A stretch of DNA of 64,000 nt from Frankiales bacterium (GTDB lineage: Bacteria > Actinomycetota > Actinomycetes > JAFAQI01). Location of the stretch: the NCBI GenBank assembly GCA_025980325.1, contig JAICXQ010000005.1, positions 8,034-72,033 on the forward strand, read 5' to 3'. Of the stretch, positions 16,601 to 27,105 are shown piece after piece. The notes below the pieces were generated by a model that ran no database searches, had not been told where the DNA came from, and saw only the letters and a list, made by a program, of their open reading frames with translations. The position numbers and the translations under genes were made by a program. Position 1 is the stretch's first letter, and each line of letters opens with the position of its first letter.

Positions 16601-18877
16601 ATGCATCGTCTCAGCCGCCGGTTCCTCGCCAGTGTCACGGCGCTCTTCCTGATGTCGATGTGGGTGCCCGCGGCCATCCTGAATCCGGCCCACGCGTCGA
16701 ACCCGGTCTTCGAGATCGACGGCAACAAGGCCGTCGACACCGCCGGCAACCTCGACTGGAACAGCCCCGAGGTCGGCACGCAGCCGGTCGAGAACGACGA
16801 CGCCGGCGGCGACCCGACGGTCTACTCGTCCAGCAGCAAGGAGAGCGACGACCCGTCGACGTGGACGCTGTCCGGCGGCGCGCCGCCGAAAGACGACATG
16901 ACGAACATCTACGCCTATGCCCAGCCCGGTACGGCGAACGTCTTCTTCGGCTTCGACCGCGGCGCAACCTCGGGCACCGACTCGTACTACCTCGAGCTGG
17001 ACAAGTCGCAGCCGACCAACACCACGACGTACGCGCCGGACCGGTCCGACGGCGACCGCCGGTTCCGGCTGGACGACAAGGGCAACGGCGTCATCGCGCT
17101 GTCGGCGGAATCGGTCTGGACGAGCGGCGCGTGGGTCACCACGACGCTGAGCTCGAACCCGGCCGGCTTCGACTACGCCGTCAGCGCGGACGAGTCGTTC
17201 CTCGAGTTCTCCTTCGACCTGACGACCCTGCTCGGGCTGCAGCCCGCGTGCCCGCCGCTGTTCGGCTCGCTCGGGTTCCGCAACGTGACCGGTGACACCG
17301 GCGAGAACCTCAAGGACTTCATCAAGCCGGTCAAGCTGTCCGCCGGCTCGACCTGCGGCCTGCTGAAGATCGTGAAGCACGACGGCGACGGCGCGCTGCT
17401 CGGCGACGCGACGTTCCGGATCACGCCGGACCCGCGGCCGATCGCGAACCCGGGCCAGTACCTCGACGTCCTCGACAACGGCCCGTACGACACCGACCCC
17501 GCAGACGGCCAGGTCACGGTCGACCCGGCCGTGCCGGGCGACTACACCGTGACCGAGCAGGCCGCCCCCACCGGCTACCTGCTCGACTCCGCGGCGCCGA
17601 GCGTGCACGTGCCCGGCAGCGCGGCGAACTCGCCGGTGCCGGTGTTCACCGACACCAAGGGCAGCATCACCGTGCACAAGATGAACGAGGGTTCCCAGGC
17701 GCTCGGCGGCAGCACGTTCCAGCTGCTCGACCACGCGACTCAGTCCGTCGTCGACACGGTCGCCGACACCGACGGCGACGGCACGCTCGTCTTCACCAAC
17801 GTCGCGACGGGCACCTACGACCTGCACGAGTCCGTGGCGCCACCCGCCTACGACGCCGCGCCCAACGTCACCAACGTCGTCGTCGACCAGGATCACCAGG
17901 ACGTGTCGGTGGACGTGCACGACTCGTTGACCCCGCTCCCGGTGCTCGCGCTGGCGAAGACCGCCGACCCGCCGAGCGGATCGATCGTGCAGCGCGGTGA
18001 CTCGATCGACTACACGATCACGGTGAGCAACTCCGGCCTCGCGGCCGCGCACCAGGTCAGCGTCGTCGACACCTTGCCGGCCAACGTGACTCTCGACGAG
18101 TCGTCGGTGAGCCCGACCGAGACCGCCAACAGCAACGGCCGGCTCACCTGGCTGGTCGACGTACCGCCGGCGCAGAACGGCGTCGACGGAGTCACGACCA
18201 TCACGTACACCGTGACGGTCGACGCGGCTGCTCCGGAGGGTGCCACGCTCACCAACGCCGTACTCATCGACGGCGGGTGTCCGGGTGCCCCGGTGGATAG
18301 CGATCCGTGCACGACCGACCATCACGTGCCGACGGGCGGCCTGACCCTCGTCAAGCACGTCGACAAGACCGCGGCGGGTTACGGCGACACGTTGACGTAC
18401 ACGTTCGACGCGGCGACCACCGGCGCACTCGACCAGACGGACGTGGTCGTCACCGACGCCGTCCCGGCCGGCACGACGTACGTCGGCGGCAGCGCGGGAT
18501 GCAGTGACGCCGGACCGTGCACGACCGGGTACGACGCGACGGCTCACACGGTGTCGTGGGCGCTCGGCGACATCGCGCACGGCGCGCCGGCCCGCCACCT
18601 CGTGTTCCAGGTCACGATCGACAAGCCCTCGTTCGACCCGACCGTCGGCCTGCCGACCAGCACGATCACCAACTCCGGCGTCGTCGTCTCCGGCGAAACG
18701 GCGCAGACGCCGTCCAACGTGGTGAAGACGGCGGTCATCCAGGTGCTGGGCATCAAGGTCGTCCGCCGGCTGCCGTTCACCGGGGCCGGCGTGCCGCCGG
18801 TGACCGCGATCGCGGTGGCGAGCGTGCTGATCGTCGCCGGCGCCACGTTGATGAACGCCCGCCGGCGCGAGGAGTGA
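16601..18877 (+). CDS. sortase-anchored surface protein (SpaA/Cna-B-like and DUF11-like repeats)
   Basis: signal peptide; ATF...G.Y.V.E..AP.GY repeats; LAKTADP/LVKHVDK...Y.IT.TN..V.D..P repeats; LPFTG + TM + RRREE. Confidence 0.88.
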   Translation: MHRLSRRFLASVTALFLMSMWVPAAILNPAHASNPVFEIDGNKAVDTAGNLDWNSPEVGTQPVENDDAGGDPTVYSSSSKESDDPSTWTLSGGAPPKDDMTNIYAYAQPGTANVFFGFDRGATSGTDSYYLELDKSQPTNTTTYAPDRSDGDRRFRLDDKGNGVIALSAESVWTSGAWVTTTLSSNPAGFDYAVSADESFLEFSFDLTTLLGLQPACPPLFGSLGFRNVTGDTGENLKDFIKPVKLSAGSTCGLLKIVKHDGDGALLGDATFRITPDPRPIANPGQYLDVLDNGPYDTDPADGQVTVDPAVPGDYTVTEQAAPTGYLLDSAAPSVHVPGSAANSPVPVFTDTKGSITVHKMNEGSQALGGSTFQLLDHATQSVVDTVADTDGDGTLVFTNVATGTYDLHESVAPPAYDAAPNVTNVVVDQDHQDVSVDVHDSLTPLPVLALAKTADPPSGSIVQRGDSIDYTITVSNSGLAAAHQVSVVDTLPANVTLDESSVSPTETANSNGRLTWLVDVPPAQNGVDGVTTITYTVTVDAAAPEGATLTNAVLIDGGCPGAPVDSDPCTTDHHVPTGGLTLVKHVDKTAAGYGDTLTYTFDAATTGALDQTDVVVTDAVPAGTTYVGGSAGCSDAGPCTTGYDATAHTVSWALGDIAHGAPARHLVFQVTIDKPSFDPTVGLPTSTITNSGVVVSGETAQTPSNVVKTAVIQVLGIKVVRRLPFTGAGVPPVTAIAVASVLIVAGATLMNARRREE

Positions 18878-19011
18878 GCGTGGAGAGCAGCGGAAACGCC
18901 CATATCAGCAGAAAGACCCGCAAGTCGGCGTATCGCTTGACGAGAGGGTCATCCATTGATCACCGTGAAGCGAGCGCCGAGCCCACGGCGCACGGGTGGG
19001 GAGTGTCTTTA

Positions 19012-20307
19012 GTGTCAGTTCATCGCGGCCGCCGTAACGGCCGATTTGCTCGATTCTTGGTGGTTGGCGCGGTCACGTGCGCCGTCGCGCCGATCGCCGG
19101 TGTCGCCGTCGCGAGCGCCGCGACCGGCAGCCCGACGTCGGGAGACCCGCGCGCGACCGCGTACCCGGGCAACATCCACGACGGCAAGTCCGGCAACGCC
19201 TGCAGCCAGCTCGGCTTCGCCGACGACAGCGAGGTCGCGGTCGACTGCAGCGGCGGCTACTCGGTCGGCGACTACGACATCACCAGCGACAACAGCAACC
19301 TGACCGTCTCGGCCATCCCGGCCGACACCCAGATCGACGCGCTCGTGGTCAAGGGCGGCGACGCCTACAACGTCTACCCGGCCGCGGCCTTCACCTCGCT
19401 GCCGGGCACCGCCGTCATCGGCCTGCACGCGCCGATGGTCGGCGTGAACCAGGACAACGTCCCCACGATCAGCCACTGGTTCCTCTGCGACGGCGAGCCG
19501 AACGAGCAACCGGTCGTCGTTCCCGCGACGGGCAGCGTCACCGGCAACTGCAAGCAGGCGGTCGTCACGATCGACGCCGGCAGCAGCGACGCCGACGTGC
19601 TCGTCGATCCGTCCGGCACCGGTGCCGCGCACCACGTCACCGTCACGAAGGACACCGAGTCGGTCGTCGACATCGCCGTCAGTGCGGCCCACCCGACCGT
19701 GACCGCGACCGATACGGCGACGTCGACGCAGCTCGGCACGTACACCCGGCCGACGTCGTGCGACACCGGCACCTCCGACCAGGGCGGCGTCGACCCGAAG
19801 GTGTCGTTCGCGACCTCGTGCTCGCGCGGCATCCAGGTCGTGCTGAGCAACATCAAGCTCGACGACACCACGACCGACGCGGTGACGTTCACCATCGTCA
19901 CGCCGTCCGGCTCGACCGAGCACGTGACGGTCATGGCCGACCACATCGTCAAGCGCTACTACAACGTCGCGGCCAACACGACCGGCGTCGTCACCGTCTC
20001 CGCGCCGGGCCTCGCGACGACCTCGAAGTCGTACACGAAGAAGTGCACCCAGGTCCTCGGCGAGAAGGTCACCAAGACCACGCAGCACCCGGGGGTGCTG
20101 GGCGAGAAGGTGACCCGGCTGCCGTTCACCGGGCTGCCGGTGTGGGCGATGCTCTCCGTCGCCGCGGCGCTGTGCCTGTCCGGCGCGCTCATGACCCAGG
20201 CCGGTCGCCGCCGGCCCGCGGTCGCGATGATGCCGGGCCTGCCGACGACGGGCCTGCCGATGCTGGGCCGCCGTACCTACCCGACCCGCGGGATCATCGG
20301 CCGCTGA
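19012..20307 (+). CDS. sortase-anchored surface protein
   Basis: signal peptide; Thr/Val-rich beta domains; VLGEK x2 then LPFTG + TM + basic tail. Confidence 0.82.
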   Translation: MSVHRGRRNGRFARFLVVGAVTCAVAPIAGVAVASAATGSPTSGDPRATAYPGNIHDGKSGNACSQLGFADDSEVAVDCSGGYSVGDYDITSDNSNLTVSAIPADTQIDALVVKGGDAYNVYPAAAFTSLPGTAVIGLHAPMVGVNQDNVPTISHWFLCDGEPNEQPVVVPATGSVTGNCKQAVVTIDAGSSDADVLVDPSGTGAAHHVTVTKDTESVVDIAVSAAHPTVTATDTATSTQLGTYTRPTSCDTGTSDQGGVDPKVSFATSCSRGIQVVLSNIKLDDTTTDAVTFTIVTPSGSTEHVTVMADHIVKRYYNVAANTTGVVTVSAPGLATTSKSYTKKCTQVLGEKVTKTTQHPGVLGEKVTRLPFTGLPVWAMLSVAAALCLSGALMTQAGRRRPAVAMMPGLPTTGLPMLGRRTYPTRGIIGR

Positions 20308-20322
20308 CCCCGGCCGGGAGGC

Positions 20323-20511
20323 TCAGCCGGAGAACTGTCCGTACAGTACGGCGGCGATCGCCAGCAGCGCGGTCACGACGACAGCGAGCAGCGCGATGTT
20401 GAGCGTCGGCGCGCTGGTGTGCAGCTGCGCGCGGGCGGCCCGGCAGACCGGGCAACCGGCTTGGACGACCGGCTGGGCGCAACTCGCGCACACCAGGTGC
20501 TCACAGCACAT
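20323..20511 (-). CDS. small Cys-rich membrane protein
   Basis: MCCEHLVCASCAQPVVQAGCPVCR followed by TM helix. Confidence 0.65.
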   Translation of the reverse strand: MCCEHLVCASCAQPVVQAGCPVCRAARAQLHTSAPTLNIALLAVVVTALLAIAAVLYGQFSG

Positions 20512-20627
20512 GCCGGTCATCCTTCCCGCGTAGCGGCCGTCCACGCAACCGTCGGCACTAGATCGGTGCCGGGGCCGCGGCGGTTGAGCCGCGGGGATCG
20601 CAGCCTCGGACGGTACGCTGGCCTCCC

Positions 20628-21317
20628 GTGATCCGGTTGCAGTCCGTGACGAAGGTCTACCCGACCAGCGCCCGTCCCGCCCTCGACGACGTCGACGTCG
20701 AGATCGAGAAGGGCGAGTTCGTCTTCCTCGTCGGCCAGTCCGGATCGGGCAAATCGACCTTCCTCCGCTTGGTCCTGCGCGAGGAGAAGGTGACCCGCGG
20801 CGGGATCTGGGTCGCCGGCAAGGACCTCACCCGCCTCTCCCACTGGAAGGTCCCGGCGCTGCGCCGCCAGATCGGCACGGTGTTCCAGGATTTCCGGCTG
20901 CTGCCGAATAAAACAGTGTCGGAGAACGTCGCGTTCGCCCTCGAGGTCATCGGCAAGCCACGGCACTCGATCGCCAAGGTCGTGCCGGAGGTGCTCGACC
21001 TCGTCGGGCTGGCCGGCAAGGAGGACCGGATGCCGAACGAGCTGTCCGGCGGCGAGCAGCAGCGCGTCGCCGTCGCGCGCGCGTTCGTGAACCGGCCGAT
21101 GATCCTGCTCGCGGACGAGCCGACCGGAAACCTCGACCCGGCGACGAGCGTCGGCATCATGCGGCTGCTCGACCGGATCAACCGGACCGGTACGACGGTC
21201 GTCATGGCGACGCACGACTCACACATCGTCGACTCGATGCGCCGCCGGGTGATCGAGCTCGAAGAAGGCAAGGTCACCCGGGATCAGAGCCGCGGCGTCT
21301 ACGGCTACAGCCGCTGA
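20628..21317 (+). CDS. ftsE: cell division ATP-binding protein FtsE
   Basis: [34 protein letters not shown]; next to ftsX. Confidence 0.96.
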   Translation: MIRLQSVTKVYPTSARPALDDVDVEIEKGEFVFLVGQSGSGKSTFLRLVLREEKVTRGGIWVAGKDLTRLSHWKVPALRRQIGTVFQDFRLLPNKTVSENVAFALEVIGKPRHSIAKVVPEVLDLVGLAGKEDRMPNELSGGEQQRVAVARAFVNRPMILLADEPTGNLDPATSVGIMRLLDRINRTGTTVVMATHDSHIVDSMRRRVIELEEGKVTRDQSRGVYGYSR

Positions 21318-21330
21318 AAGGATCGACAAC

Positions 21331-22215
21331 GTGCGCTGGAACTTCGTGTTCACCGAGATGTGGCAGGGGCTGCGTCGCAACCTGACGATGACCGTCGCGA
21401 CGATCCTCACGATCACGATCGCGCTGTTCGGCCTCGGCGCGGCCTGGCTGTTCCACGCGCAGATCAACCGCACGCACGACTACTGGTTCGGCAAGATCGA
21501 GGTCACGGTCTATCTCAAGCAGGTGAGCACCGGGCCGGAGCAGGACGCGATCCAGCAGGAGCTCAACTCGCTGCCGCAGGTGAAGCAGATCTACTTCGAA
21601 AACCGGCACGAAGCGTGGCTGCGGTTCAAGCAGTGGTTCTCGCAGACGTCGCCGGCGCTGGTGAAGAACTCGTCCGAATCGCAGATGCCGCAGTCGTTCC
21701 GGGTGAAGCTTAAGAATCCGAGACAGTTCAACATCGTCTCGCAGGCGGTGCAGAACCTACCCGGAGTCGACGAAGTCGCGGCCGAACCACAAGCATTGAA
21801 ACGGTTGTTCGCGTTCTTCGACACGCTCGGACGGATGGTGCTCGCGATCGCGATCGTCGTCCTTGCCGCGGCCTTGTTGCTCATCTTCAACAACGTCCGA
21901 TTAGCGGCATACACGCGCCGGCGAGAAGTCGGCATCATGCGCCTCGTCGGCGCGTCCGACGCCTACATCGAGGCGCCGTTCGTGATGGAGATCGTCGTGT
22001 GCGCGATCACCGCCGGCGCGATCGCGATCGGCGCGCTGTTCCTGATGAAGCTGATCGTGTTCGACCACGGCATCGCGCACGCGTTCAACACCAACCTGCT
22101 CGACATCATCGGCTGGGGCACCGTCGTCCAGGCGATACCGGTGTTGCTGCTCACGGCGATCGCTGCCTCGGTGGTCACCGCGGTCGGCACGCTGCAGCGA
22201 TACCTGCGCGTCTGA
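21331..22215 (+). CDS. ftsX: cell division permease FtsX
   Basis: GLRRNLTMT...RRREVGIMRLVGAS...IEAPF. Confidence 0.95.
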   Translation: MRWNFVFTEMWQGLRRNLTMTVATILTITIALFGLGAAWLFHAQINRTHDYWFGKIEVTVYLKQVSTGPEQDAIQQELNSLPQVKQIYFENRHEAWLRFKQWFSQTSPALVKNSSESQMPQSFRVKLKNPRQFNIVSQAVQNLPGVDEVAAEPQALKRLFAFFDTLGRMVLAIAIVVLAAALLLIFNNVRLAAYTRRREVGIMRLVGASDAYIEAPFVMEIVVCAITAGAIAIGALFLMKLIVFDHGIAHAFNTNLLDIIGWGTVVQAIPVLLLTAIAASVVTAVGTLQRYLRV

Positions 22216-22247
22216 GCTGACCATCCCGAACTGACTATTCTGGTCGG

Positions 22248-23414
22248 GTGCCCGCGCCCCGACCGGTTCGTCTCGCGGCCGCGTTCGCCGCGTTGCTGGC
22301 CGCGTATGGCGCGGGAGCGGTGACGATCGCGCTCACCGGCACCGGCGGCGACGACCGGGGCAACCAGAGTGTCCTCGACGAGGCCGAGCAGCGGATCAGC
22401 GCCGAAGCGGCGCGGCCGGTGTCGCAGGCCGCGCTCGAGCGGGCCGCGGTGCAGGGCATGCTCGCCGCGCTCGACGACCAGTGGTCGGCGTACTACAGCC
22501 CGAACGACTACACCCGGTTCGAACAAGTGCTCTCCGGTTCCTACACCGGCGTCGGGGTCTGGATCCGGCGCGGCGCGGACGGGACGCTTCGGGTGATGTC
22601 GGTCGAGCCGTCGTCGCCGGCGGCGCGGGCCGGGCTGCGGGCCGGCGACGTCGTGCTCGCCGTCGGTGGTCGCTCGGTGGGCCACCGTTCGGTCGCCGAC
22701 GTCGTCGCGAGCCTGCGCGGTGACGCCGGCACCGTCGTCGCCGTCCAGGTACGGCGTGGCTCGACCGTCCTGACGACGACGCTGCGGCGAGCGGCGGTCG
22801 ACGACGACGACGTGTCCGCGACCGCGCTCGGCGACGGTGTCGAACGGCTGCGCATCTCGGCGTTCACCCGCGGCGTCGGCCGGTGGACGCGCTCGCAGGT
22901 CCGCGCGGCGGAGTCGCGGCACGTGCGCGGGATCATGCTCGACCTGCGCGACAACCCCGGCGGATTGCTCGACGAGGCGGTCGAGACGGCGTCGGCGTTC
23001 CTGCGCGACGGGCCGGTCGTGTCCTACCAGCAGCGGGGGCAGGCGCCGCAGGTGCTCGACGCACTCGGCGGTGGCGACACCGGCATCCCGCTCGTCGTTC
23101 TCGTCGACGGCGGGACCGCGAGCGCGGCCGAGATCGTCGCGTCGGCGCTGCAGGACCGCGGTCGCGCGGTCATCATCGGCAGCCAGACGTTCGGCAAGGG
23201 CAGCGTGCAGGCGCCGAGCCAGCTCTCCGACGGATCGGCGCTGGAGTTGACGGTCGGGCATTACCTCACGCCGTCCGGCCGGTCGATCGACGGCGTCGGC
23301 GTCACGCCCGATCTCGAGATGCCCGCGGGCACGCCGCCGTCGGTCATCGAGCAACGCGCGGTCGAGGTGCTCTCCGGCCTGACCGCGGACGCCGGCAGCA
23401 GCGGCCGAGGTTAG
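22248..23414 (+). CDS. S41 family C-terminal processing peptidase with PDZ
   Basis: LDLRDNPGG, TASAAEI, TFGKGSVQ motifs. Confidence 0.92.
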   Translation: MPAPRPVRLAAAFAALLAAYGAGAVTIALTGTGGDDRGNQSVLDEAEQRISAEAARPVSQAALERAAVQGMLAALDDQWSAYYSPNDYTRFEQVLSGSYTGVGVWIRRGADGTLRVMSVEPSSPAARAGLRAGDVVLAVGGRSVGHRSVADVVASLRGDAGTVVAVQVRRGSTVLTTTLRRAAVDDDDVSATALGDGVERLRISAFTRGVGRWTRSQVRAAESRHVRGIMLDLRDNPGGLLDEAVETASAFLRDGPVVSYQQRGQAPQVLDALGGGDTGIPLVVLVDGGTASAAEIVASALQDRGRAVIIGSQTFGKGSVQAPSQLSDGSALELTVGHYLTPSGRSIDGVGVTPDLEMPAGTPPSVIEQRAVEVLSGLTADAGSSGRG

Positions 23415-23423
23415 GTTCCGGTC

Positions 23424-23900
23424 TTGGCTCGCGAGTCCGGGCGCAAGCTCATCGCGCAGAACAAGAAGGCCCGGCACGACTACCACATCGACGAGACGTA
23501 CGAGGCCGGTCTCGCGCTGGTGGGCACCGAGGTCAAGTCGCTGCGCGCCGGTCGCGCGTCACTCGTCGACGCGTACGGCCGGATCAAGGACGGCGAGGTG
23601 TGGCTCGAAGGCGTCCACATCCCGGAGTACGACCAGGGCTCGTGGACCAACCACGAGCCGCGGCGTTCGCGCAAGCTGCTGCTGCACCGGGCCGAAATCG
23701 CGAAGCTCATCGGCAAGACCAAGGAGAGCGGCCTGACATTGGTGCCGCTGTCGCTGTACTTCAAGGACGGCAAGGCCAAGGTCGAGATCGCGCTCGCGCG
23801 AGGCAAGAAGGCGTACGACAAACGGCAGACGCTGGCGGCGCGCGATGCGGCGCGCGAGATCTCCCGGGTGGCCGGCCGTCGGGCGAAAGGCCGGGAGTGA
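23424..23900 (+). CDS. smpB: SsrA-binding protein
   Basis: [38 protein letters not shown]. Confidence 0.98.
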   Translation: MARESGRKLIAQNKKARHDYHIDETYEAGLALVGTEVKSLRAGRASLVDAYGRIKDGEVWLEGVHIPEYDQGSWTNHEPRRSRKLLLHRAEIAKLIGKTKESGLTLVPLSLYFKDGKAKVEIALARGKKAYDKRQTLAARDAAREISRVAGRRAKGRE

Positions 23901-23943
23901 ACGGCGGCGTAGAATCGGTTGCGTCAGTGGAAAATCCCGACGA

Positions 23944-24300
23944 GGGGGTGAACGGTTTCGACTTCGGTCGATGAGTCAAGTGAAGCGGGCCGAGGATGTC
24001 GCGTGAGCTCGTAAATCCATCGCGGCAAAACAATAGATGCCGATAACCAGCATCTCGTTCTCGCTGCCTGACCGGTAGCAGAACCGTCAGCCCAGGGGCG
24101 CCCTCGCCCTGGAACCTGGCGTCGATAGAGGGCTCCACCGGTCGACCCGGTCACGGGGTCGGCAGGGAAATCAAACAGTGACTGAGCCTGCGGCAGGGTG
24201 CCTGCGCCACTGCCGGGGCTGAGAAAACTGCAGCAGGCTGCGCCCGGAGAAGCCTTGACGAACCGCCGAAGGACGCGGGTTCGATTCCCGCCACCTCCAC
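23944..24300 (+). ncRNA. ssrA: tmRNA
   Basis: 5' GGGGGTGAACGGTTTCGAC; 3' GGGTTCGATTCCCGCCACCTCCA; tag frame 24039-24071 (ADNQHLVLAA*); follows smpB. Confidence 0.97.
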
Positions 24301-24304
24301 AAGT

Positions 24305-24345
24305 GCTCAGCGTTGGACGCGGGCCCTTGAGGGCTCAACGCCGTT
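24305..24345. terminator. hairpin after ssrA
   Basis: GCGTTG...GGCCC/GGGCT...CAACGC stem between convergent genes. Confidence 0.4.
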
Positions 24346-24408
24346 CCCGTGTCCACGCGCCGGCGGATGATTTGGCCACGTCGGTCGTTACCGGCATGCC
24401 TGGCTCGG

Positions 24409-25650
24409 TCATGCCGGCTGTCTATGTCGGGGTGGATGGCCGAACTCGCGGCCGTCGCTGGCGGTGAAGACGTAGCGGCGGTCGAGGTCGCGGCGTAGCG
24501 TCCAGCCTCCTTCGTGCACCAGCCAGTGATGGAAGCTGCACAGCCAGGCTGCATTGTCGAGATCGGTCCGCCCGCCGTTGCTCCACCAGACGATGTGGTG
24601 CAGGTCGGCGGGCGGACGCCCGCATTTCGGAAACCCGCAGCTGGCTTCGTCGCGGATCCACGACGCGCGGCGGATCGCTTGCGACCACACCCGCGTCGTA
24701 CGGCCAAGGTTGAGCGCGCCGCTGTCCCAGTCGACGGCGACCGGGAGCAGTTGCGCGTCGCAGGCAAGCCGCCGCGCGGTCTCGGGTGGCAGCGGCAGAC
24801 CGCCGTCGAGGGTGGCCCAGCGCTGGCCGGCGAGGGTGTCGCAGGACGCGGCGAGCAGCGCAGCCCGGTCGATCGTCACGACGACTCGCGGTCGTTCGCC
24901 GGCGACCGCGGGCGCGTCCGCATGGGCGAGGTAGTGGCTGGCGACGACGCCGAGTGCGTCGTGGCGGCGCTGCGCGGCGGATCGGTCGTCTTCGGGTCCT
25001 TCCGGCGCGCCGCCGCCGGCCGCCGCGATCGCCAGCCGCATCGCCTCGTACACCTCTGGCGTCAACGTGCCGGAGAGGCTGCCGATGCCGGCGAAGGTCT
25101 GGTCGAGGTCGACGCCGCGGCGCCCGTGCCGGCGCTCGGCGCGTTCGGACTCGTCCTGCCCGGCACCGAGCCGAGCGAGGACGGCTTCGACCGCCTGGCC
25201 GAGATGGAACGGGGTGAACGTCGCGGCGAGGTTGACGAGTTCTTTCTCGACGACGTCGCGAACCTCGAGCGGACACGACAGCAAGCCGGCCACGATGACG
25301 CCGGCCTGCGCCGCAGTGACCTCGCCGGTCGCGAACGCGTCGTCGAGAGCGGGAAACGCGGGCAGTTGCCGGGCGAGATTCATCCGGCTGCCTGCGTCCG
25401 AGCGGCTGAGGTTGTGCTCCTCGATCAGCCACCAGCGGGTCGATCGCCCGCACTCGCTGACCGTCGAGTCACGAGTGTCGGCCGCACCGAGCCACCGCGT
25501 CTGCACCGCGCGCAGCCGCGACTCGACGGTGAGCAACTCCTCGATGCCGCAGACCAAGCTGCTGTCGGACAGGTCGTGGACGTCGAGCGCCGCTACCGCG
25601 TCGAGCGCTGCCGACAGCTGCTCGATCGCAGCCGGCGCGGTCGACACCAC
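24409..25650 (-). CDS. DUF222 + HNH endonuclease protein (13E12-repeat-like family)
   Basis: GGAGG RBS before GTG; ARRLACDA, RDEASCGFPKC, DLHHIVWWSNGGRTDLDN..WLCSFHH.LVH. Confidence 0.88.
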   Translation of the reverse strand: MVSTAPAAIEQLSAALDAVAALDVHDLSDSSLVCGIEELLTVESRLRAVQTRWLGAADTRDSTVSECGRSTRWWLIEEHNLSRSDAGSRMNLARQLPAFPALDDAFATGEVTAAQAGVIVAGLLSCPLEVRDVVEKELVNLAATFTPFHLGQAVEAVLARLGAGQDESERAERRHGRRGVDLDQTFAGIGSLSGTLTPEVYEAMRLAIAAAGGGAPEGPEDDRSAAQRRHDALGVVASHYLAHADAPAVAGERPRVVVTIDRAALLAASCDTLAGQRWATLDGGLPLPPETARRLACDAQLLPVAVDWDSGALNLGRTTRVWSQAIRRASWIRDEASCGFPKCGRPPADLHHIVWWSNGGRTDLDNAAWLCSFHHWLVHEGGWTLRRDLDRRYVFTASDGREFGHPPRHRQPA

Positions 25651-25785
25651 GAACGTCCACCTCCGTCTCGTTACGTGACTCGACGCTATGGAGCAGCCAC
25701 GACAAGAACGGGTCCGATGCACCGTTGTTGGCGTTAACCCGCCACTGGCGACTTTGCGACACGGGCACGCACACCGGCGCGGCGG

Positions 25786-26784
25786 CTAGGACTGGTTCGG
25801 TTTGCCGCTGCGGCAGCCGATGTAGGTCGAACTGATCTCGACTCCTTCGGCGATGCACGCCTTCACCGAGTCTTCCAGCGACTGTTGCGTTTGCACACGG
25901 CCGGCGCCGCTGTCGTGGATCTGCACGCCGCCGACGGCGACGTCACGGTGCGATGGCACGACCGCATGCGCCTCGCGTCGTAATGCGACCGACGCAGGTC
26001 GCGCCGTACCGACGGCAACCGGTGCGAGTGCTCGTGGCGGCATCGGCTCGGCCAGTACGACGACAGACGCGCGGGCCGGCGAGGCAGGGACGGACGCGGC
26101 GGCGCCGGACCCCGCGACGCCGAAGTGCGCCGCGGCGATCGTCGTCACCGCGAACACCATCGCCGTCGACACCGCGACGGGTGCACCTGCCGGGTCTGCG
26201 CGGCGGGCCCAGCCGTACGCGAATACGCCGCTCGAACCGAGCCCCGCGACGATCGAGCGCGCGGCGGTGCGCGCCCGGCCGAGCAGTGACTCGACCGCCT
26301 TCTCGGACAGCGACATCGTGGCCGCGATCGTCGCGACCGAGTCGCCGTCGGCGCGCAGTTGCAACGCGCGCCGCTGCTGGCTCGGCATGTCGTCGAGCAG
26401 CGGCGCGATGGCCGCCGCGGCGAGCGTGTCGACGACGTCGTCTTCGAACTCGTCGGTGCGGGGATACGTCTGCGTCGCGTACTGCCAACGTTTCGGCGCG
26501 CGGGCACGTTCGCGGCCGTGGTCGATGCACAGCCGGATCGTCACGGCGGTGAGCCACGCAGCGGCTCGGTCGGGATCGACGTCGGGGCATTCGAGCGCGC
26601 GGGTCATCGCCTCGGACACGGCGTCTTCGGCCTCCGCCTCGGACGTGGTGCGACGCCGGGCGACCGTCAGTAGGCGGCTGCGTTCGGACCAGGCGAGGTC
26701 GGCGACGAGGCAGACGCCGTCGTTACCCTCGCATTGCACGTGCCGGCACAGCGGGCGCGGTGAAGTGGTGGGCGCCTGGGTCAT
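25786..26784 (-). CDS. ECF sigma factor with C-terminal TM segment and two-Cys tail
   Basis: EAEDAVSEAM, AAWLTAVTIRLCIDHGR, MPSQQRRAL...EKAVESLLGRAR; TM helix; ACIAEG...IGCR. Confidence 0.85.
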   Translation of the reverse strand: MTQAPTTSPRPLCRHVQCEGNDGVCLVADLAWSERSRLLTVARRRTTSEAEAEDAVSEAMTRALECPDVDPDRAAAWLTAVTIRLCIDHGRERARAPKRWQYATQTYPRTDEFEDDVVDTLAAAAIAPLLDDMPSQQRRALQLRADGDSVATIAATMSLSEKAVESLLGRARTAARSIVAGLGSSGVFAYGWARRADPAGAPVAVSTAMVFAVTTIAAAHFGVAGSGAAASVPASPARASVVVLAEPMPPRALAPVAVGTARPASVALRREAHAVVPSHRDVAVGGVQIHDSGAGRVQTQQSLEDSVKACIAEGVEISSTYIGCRSGKPNQS

Positions 26785-26895
26785 GAGGTTCACACCCCTC
26801 GTCGACAGTTCGTTCGGACCGCCTTTTCGGACAATTCCTTCCTGTTGGGATGATAATCATGCGAGGGATCTGCCCGGCGCGGCCGTAAAAGAGAT

Positions 26896-27084
26896 ATGAG
26901 CCATATTGTGCGCGTCGTCCTGACCCCGCTCGCGCTCGCCACGCTCGCCGGCCTGAATGTGACCGCGATCACCGCGGCCCATCCCAGCGCCGGCCACCAG
27001 GCGTATTTCTGCGAGTATCCCAAATCTGTGACCGCAGAGGGACACACAGTCACCACGCCGACGATCTGCGTCCCGTCTCCGTAG
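26896..27084 (+). CDS. small secreted two-Cys peptide
   Basis: signal peptide; AYFCEYP...TPTICVPSP; AAAGAGA RBS-like; divergent from ECF gene. Confidence 0.65.
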   Translation: MSHIVRVVLTPLALATLAGLNVTAITAAHPSAGHQAYFCEYPKSVTAEGHTVTTPTICVPSP

Positions 27085-27105
27085 GCCTTCGGCGGAAGTC
27101 GGCTG

